Shown in pieces: positions 61,801 to 64,000 of a stretch of 64,000 nucleotides of DNA. The position numbers and the translations under genes were made by a program. The stretch comes from Phycisphaeraceae bacterium (GTDB taxonomy: Bacteria; Planctomycetota; Phycisphaerae; Phycisphaerales; Phycisphaeraceae), in assembly GCA_040902585.1 (NCBI GenBank), contig JBBDXA010000231.1, forward strand, positions 903 to 64,902, in the 5' to 3' direction. Within the stretch, counting starts at the first letter, position 1. Every line of letters begins with the position of its first letter. The notes below the pieces were generated by a model. It was not told the DNA's origin. It was given only the letters and a program-made list of their open reading frames with translations, and made no database searches.

Positions 61801-62704
61801 CCGGGTACACCATGCCCATCTTCAAAATCGGCACCTGCCCGGTCAAGCCCATTTCGTTCAAGGCATGCGCCAAGTAGGCATACGCGCTGCCTGCCGCGAT
61901 GAACCCCATCGGCACCACTTCATCCTTCGCCGGCCGATGCAGAATGCGGTTGATCCCCAGCTTGCGGGCTTCCACCTTCAGCGCCGCGAAGCGACGGTCA
62001 AACTCCATCTCCCTTCGCCACGTGCGCGGCGGAAGGAGGACCGTCCTCTCCAGTTCAGGCTCGATGTCCTTCTCGTAGCTGAGCGTCTTCTTCTGATTGG
62101 CGTTGAAGGCGGGATAGTGATTCGCGTAACACTCGACCGTGCCGCCGCCATCCGCGAGATTGGTCGTGATCAGGAAGCCGATGTATATCTGCCCCGCGCG
62201 ACCGAGCTTGAACCCGAGGTTGACCCAGTCCTTCACCTCCTGCGGGCTGGAAGGCTCGATCGTCGGCATGCGCACATGCTCAGCGAGATAGCGCGAGTCA
62301 GCAGGTACCTGCGTCGAGTCGGACCAGGGATCATCACCGCAGATGATCAGCCCGCCCGCATCGTCCTTCGTCCCGGCGAGCACGCCCAAAGCGAGCGCAT
62401 CGGAAGCGACATGCAGACCGACGGATTTGAAAGCCGTGATCGCCCGGCAGCCGGCCATCTGGGCCCCGTTGACCATGGCCACGGACAGGGCTTCGTTGTT
62501 GGCCATTTTGGCGACCATGCCGTGCTGAGTCAGCAGCGGCGCGAGGTCGCCCAGGACATCGAAGAAGGATGCGATCGGTGAGCCAGGATAGCCGGTGAGC
62601 AGGTGAACCCCGCCCTCGGTTTCCAGCGCGCCTTTCACCAGCAGTTCATTGCCGGTGAAAACTTCCCGTCCCGCGTTCTGGATGAAGCGAGGATCTGTGG
62701 CCAT
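58871..62704 (-). CDS. Fused 2-oxoacid:ferredoxin oxidoreductase (indolepyruvate ferredoxin oxidoreductase family, alpha/beta/gamma in one chain)
   Basis: 1277 aa. GNELLVKGALETEGGVHLLTGYPGSP, TPP motif GDTGCYTM..GMGLGGG, Cys clusters CEFCLECTNQTGCPG and CVNDGACQRINACPS, gamma-like GVGGMGIGVATSIL. Confidence 0.9.
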   Translation of the reverse strand: MATDPRFIQNAGREVFTGNELLVKGALETEGGVHLLTGYPGSPIASFFDVLGDLAPLLTQHGMVAKMANNEALSVAMVNGAQMAGCRAITAFKSVGLHVASDALALGVLAGTKDDAGGLIICGDDPWSDSTQVPADSRYLAEHVRMPTIEPSSPQEVKDWVNLGFKLGRAGQIYIGFLITTNLADGGGTVECYANHYPAFNANQKKTLSYEKDIEPELERTVLLPPRTWRREMEFDRRFAALKVEARKLGINRILHRPAKDEVVPMGFIAAGSAYAYLAHALNEMGLTGQVPILKMGMVYPVDEAIVTDFARQCEQVVVIEERRGFVERQVLEILSPLIQAGELKVDLFGKSFPKPLAGIPSTRGLNPSLLIERLVPLLQKHSGLPYELTNGRLTAELSRIEETATYRMHVPSRTPAFCPGCPHRDSSNVLLELRKDMLDPQYMLSKHKRKPVDLVSHGDTGCYTMLMFEPNKPLMHNYSGMGLGGGTGSGVDPFIDNKQLVFMGDGTFFHSGQIAISHAISSGQDITFIILENKTTAMTGHQGHAGVDIDLMGQPMFAQDIERIVTAMIPKALSKDVTIVRINPADRDRYRKLLEKTILSDGVKIVIADKECGITFHRRARSEERKTYRENGYLPRKTFMNVSTEVCEFCLECTNQTGCPGLKIADTDYGPKIQTDLSWCVNDGACQRINACPSFEEVTIFRKQAPRMADEHVNLSDLPEPPRPIHADQDTWRCYLSGVGGMGIGVATSILVTAGHEMGYEVQFLDKKGLAIRNGGVFSQLVYTRNQETGVRGQESGVRGQESGNPQSAIRNPQSLNPQSHFTTPIIPYGKADLLLGIDLLEAARSLDPSHPYRVASPQRTAAVINTAKTPTILALMGKDDFRTGDLESSIRTYTREGQCFNFNVGDLCERVLDSKLYANIMMLGIAFQKGFLPLTLEVIDRSIRSVIRSDVDRNIRAFNIGRKIAVRPDLFIVEARHEYETSVKAFRRKVNTMRAMHGGGRKGKRVAKQFRVLIKRVLRQVRGLRIPDPLMRDFVIRAYDCFVWGGLDYAERYANQVVKVFHADDTARGYRLTRAVVWNLAKAMLIKDEIYCAALYTSPEKYRSDRRRFNVNPANGDKIQYKHHNKPEFVLFGHTFRFNWKSRDWQLRMLSRMRWLRKVMPGWHKKEREFRDWYEGLVSRLDWTTDKGPRAYEQWVAILGVVEPVTGFREVRYPKMESARQRAESLLKQDPILFEPPAAHIIAEELEPPAPEPALLHLPVVKVTNPDQMKPKSRV
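60243..60347. repeat. Two adjacent heptanucleotide tandem arrays inside the oxidoreductase CDS, 105 nt total, in frame
   Basis: The arrays are (GATTGCG)x7 degenerate at 60243-60291 and (CTGACTC)x8 degenerate at 60292-60347. They encode QETGVRGQESGVRGQESGNPQSAIRNPQSLNPQS on the minus strand. Confidence 0.9.
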
Positions 62705-63413
62705 AGAGCAGCAGCCGAGGCTACGAACACGCCGGCGCGAAGAGGAGACCCTTGACGATTGCGCGTGTCAGCTCGATGTAGCGAGCCGGACCGACACACG
62801 CCTCCGAAGACGGAGCAACAAGCTTTCAAAGACGGACCGGCTCAAGTGCGGGGCCCGGCGGGAGTCTCTCGTACGCGCCAACCTTAAATCCCGACAGGCA
62901 CACCCGCCGGGGTAGGAGGCAATGATAACCGCAAATCCTGGTGAAAGCTAGGAAAACCGCGCGACTAAATTGGCCTGAAACAGGAGAGGATGGAGTGAAT
63001 TGGGGCCGCTTTAAGGCAAAAGACCGATAATGCGGCCCTTCGGGGCATTGCCTGCGGATTCCAGGGTGAGAGGCCGAGCTCAAGGCCACAGGCCCAGTGA
63101 CGCGGAGCAGGATGCCGGCCAAAGGGGTACGCCTCGTCCGTCTCAACAGGCAATCCGTTTCCACTTCGCACCACCACGCCCAGATTACCTATCCCTCATG
63201 ATTCTTCCCAAACGTACGTGCAACACTCTCCATCACTCGTAAACAGGCAAATCGCCGTGTATGACTGGCAAGGAAATGACGCCGAAGTAGGTTTGAAAAC
63301 CAATACCGGCGTCTTGCGTAAGGCGTCGCGTGATGATTGAGCCCGGGGGTCCGTTCGGAGCAAAAGCCGGATGGGGCCGCTCCCGGGGGCGTATCACAAA
63401 CGAGGAGAGAAAC

Positions 63414-64000
63414 GTGACATTCTTCCGATCGATTCTGGCGTTTGCCATCGTGCTTGCGGCGATGACAGTTCCCCTCCAGGCTGTGACCACCGGCCTGACC
63501 GGCGAAGGTGACCCCCACACCAACCTTCAGCCCTCGCTGGCGATCAACTATTTCGTCGATGCCGGCGGCGTGTTTGAGAGCCTCGGCCGGGTCCGTATGA
63601 CCGCAGTCAACTTCGTGCCCGGCCCCTTCCTCGCCGCGGACGGCCAACTGCTGTCGATCGCCGCCAACACCGCGCTCTTCGCCAAGATCGGAACAACCTA
63701 CGGCGGCGACGGCATCACCACCTTCGCCCTGCCTGATCTGCGCGGACGCACACCTGTGCATCCTGATGGTTCGAGCATCTTCCTGGGCACCGTGATCGGA
63801 TCGGAGCAGGTGTTCCTGACAGAGGATCAGATCCCTTCGCACAATCACACGCTCCCGCCTTCGCCGGACATGACGGGCAACACCGGCGGGGGGCAGGCGC
63901 ATCCGAATCGTCAGCCGCAACTGGGGTTGAACTACATGATCGCCACCGCGGGCATTTTCCCCAGTGATCAAGGCGTCATTTCACAGGAGCCGCTGCTCGG
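63414..64000 (+). CDS. Phage tail-collar domain (MdpB-like) secreted protein; C-terminus beyond the window edge
   Basis: Not in the ORF track (runs off the right edge). GTG at 63414 with AGGAGA upstream. My translation gives VTFFRSILAFAIVLAAMTVPLQA..VRMTAVNFVPGPFLAADGQLLSIAANTALFAKIGTTYGGDGITTFALPDLRGRTPVH..HNHTLP..GGGQAHPNRQPQLGLNYMIATAGIFPS. Confidence 0.8.
   Translation, partial: MTFFRSILAFAIVLAAMTVPLQAVTTGLTGEGDPHTNLQPSLAINYFVDAGGVFESLGRVRMTAVNFVPGPFLAADGQLLSIAANTALFAKIGTTYGGDGITTFALPDLRGRTPVHPDGSSIFLGTVIGSEQVFLTEDQIPSHNHTLPPSPDMTGNTGGGQAHPNRQPQLGLNYMIATAGIFPSDQGVISQEPLL

Noticed and set aside
62975-63160. Tandem glycine riboswitch (GGAGAG ... AGGCAAAAGACC, then GGUGAGAG ... GCCAAAGGGGUAC ... 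CAGGCAAUCC). RNase P RNA and tmRNA were also considered.
   Set aside because: Only fragments of the glycine consensus are present, the spacing is far too short, and the CACCGAAGGGGCAA core is missing. No GAGGAAAGUCC (RNase P P4) box, no tRNA-like T-arm and no CCA end for tmRNA were seen on either strand.
63189-63971. 260-aa minus-strand ORF at the right end of the window.
   Set aside because: The plus strand here encodes a convincing signal-peptide plus tail-collar-domain protein (ALPDLRGRTPVH, NYMIATAGIFPS) that the ORF track misses because it runs off the edge. The minus-strand ORF is its antisense shadow.

Overview
High-GC bacterial chromosomal window. Gene content looks Planctomycetota-like (DUF1580-type HTH, formylglycine sulfatase, Zn-ribbon/TM proteins); this is inference only. 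No rRNA, tRNA or CRISPR array was seen. Layout: (i) 1-10.1 kb holds mixed accessory genes: a Zn-ribbon/TM/TPR protein running off the left edge, XRE and PadR regulators, cupin, a CxxCH protein, PhoX, an APC permease, a sulfatase and a frameshifted beta-propeller hydrolase-like gene. (ii) About 10.3-18.1 kb is a minus-strand island that looks less GC-rich by eye. It carries an apparently intact group-II-intron-like reverse transcriptase inside a 9-gene co-directional cassette: three or four small HTH proteins, a 493-aa protein with no Walker A motif, the RT, two small proteins and an AAA+ ATPase. Two non-coding spacers are hairpin-rich, a clean intrinsic terminator follows the last gene, and no integrase, intron RNA domains, DGR repeats or retron motifs were found. 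This is my best candidate for an undescribed RT-based system. A decayed paralog fragment of its 493-aa gene lies at about 53.8-54.0 kb. (iii) 18.6-53.5 kb is a contiguous acyl-CoA and amino-acid catabolic supercluster: B12 mutase with MeaB, thiolase, prpBCD, an Atu/Liu-like block lacking a biotin carboxylase subunit, the homogentisate pathway, phhA, Leu dehydrogenase with BCKDH E1/E2, and a fadD-fadA-fadJ-ACAD operon. (iv) 53.5-64 kb holds housekeeping genes: HEAT-repeat lipoprotein, YihY, yidD, rnpA, a 1277-aa fused 2-oxoacid:ferredoxin oxidoreductase, and a tail-collar protein running off the right edge. These are interrupted by dispersed repeat families: a 104-nt element with 25-nt self-hairpin termini (2 copies), a 214-nt nested palindrome between rnpA and yidD, and heptanucleotide tandem arrays, including 105 nt inserted in-frame in the oxidoreductase gene. 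Many long ORFs in the track are antisense shadow ORFs typical of high-GC DNA and were not called.
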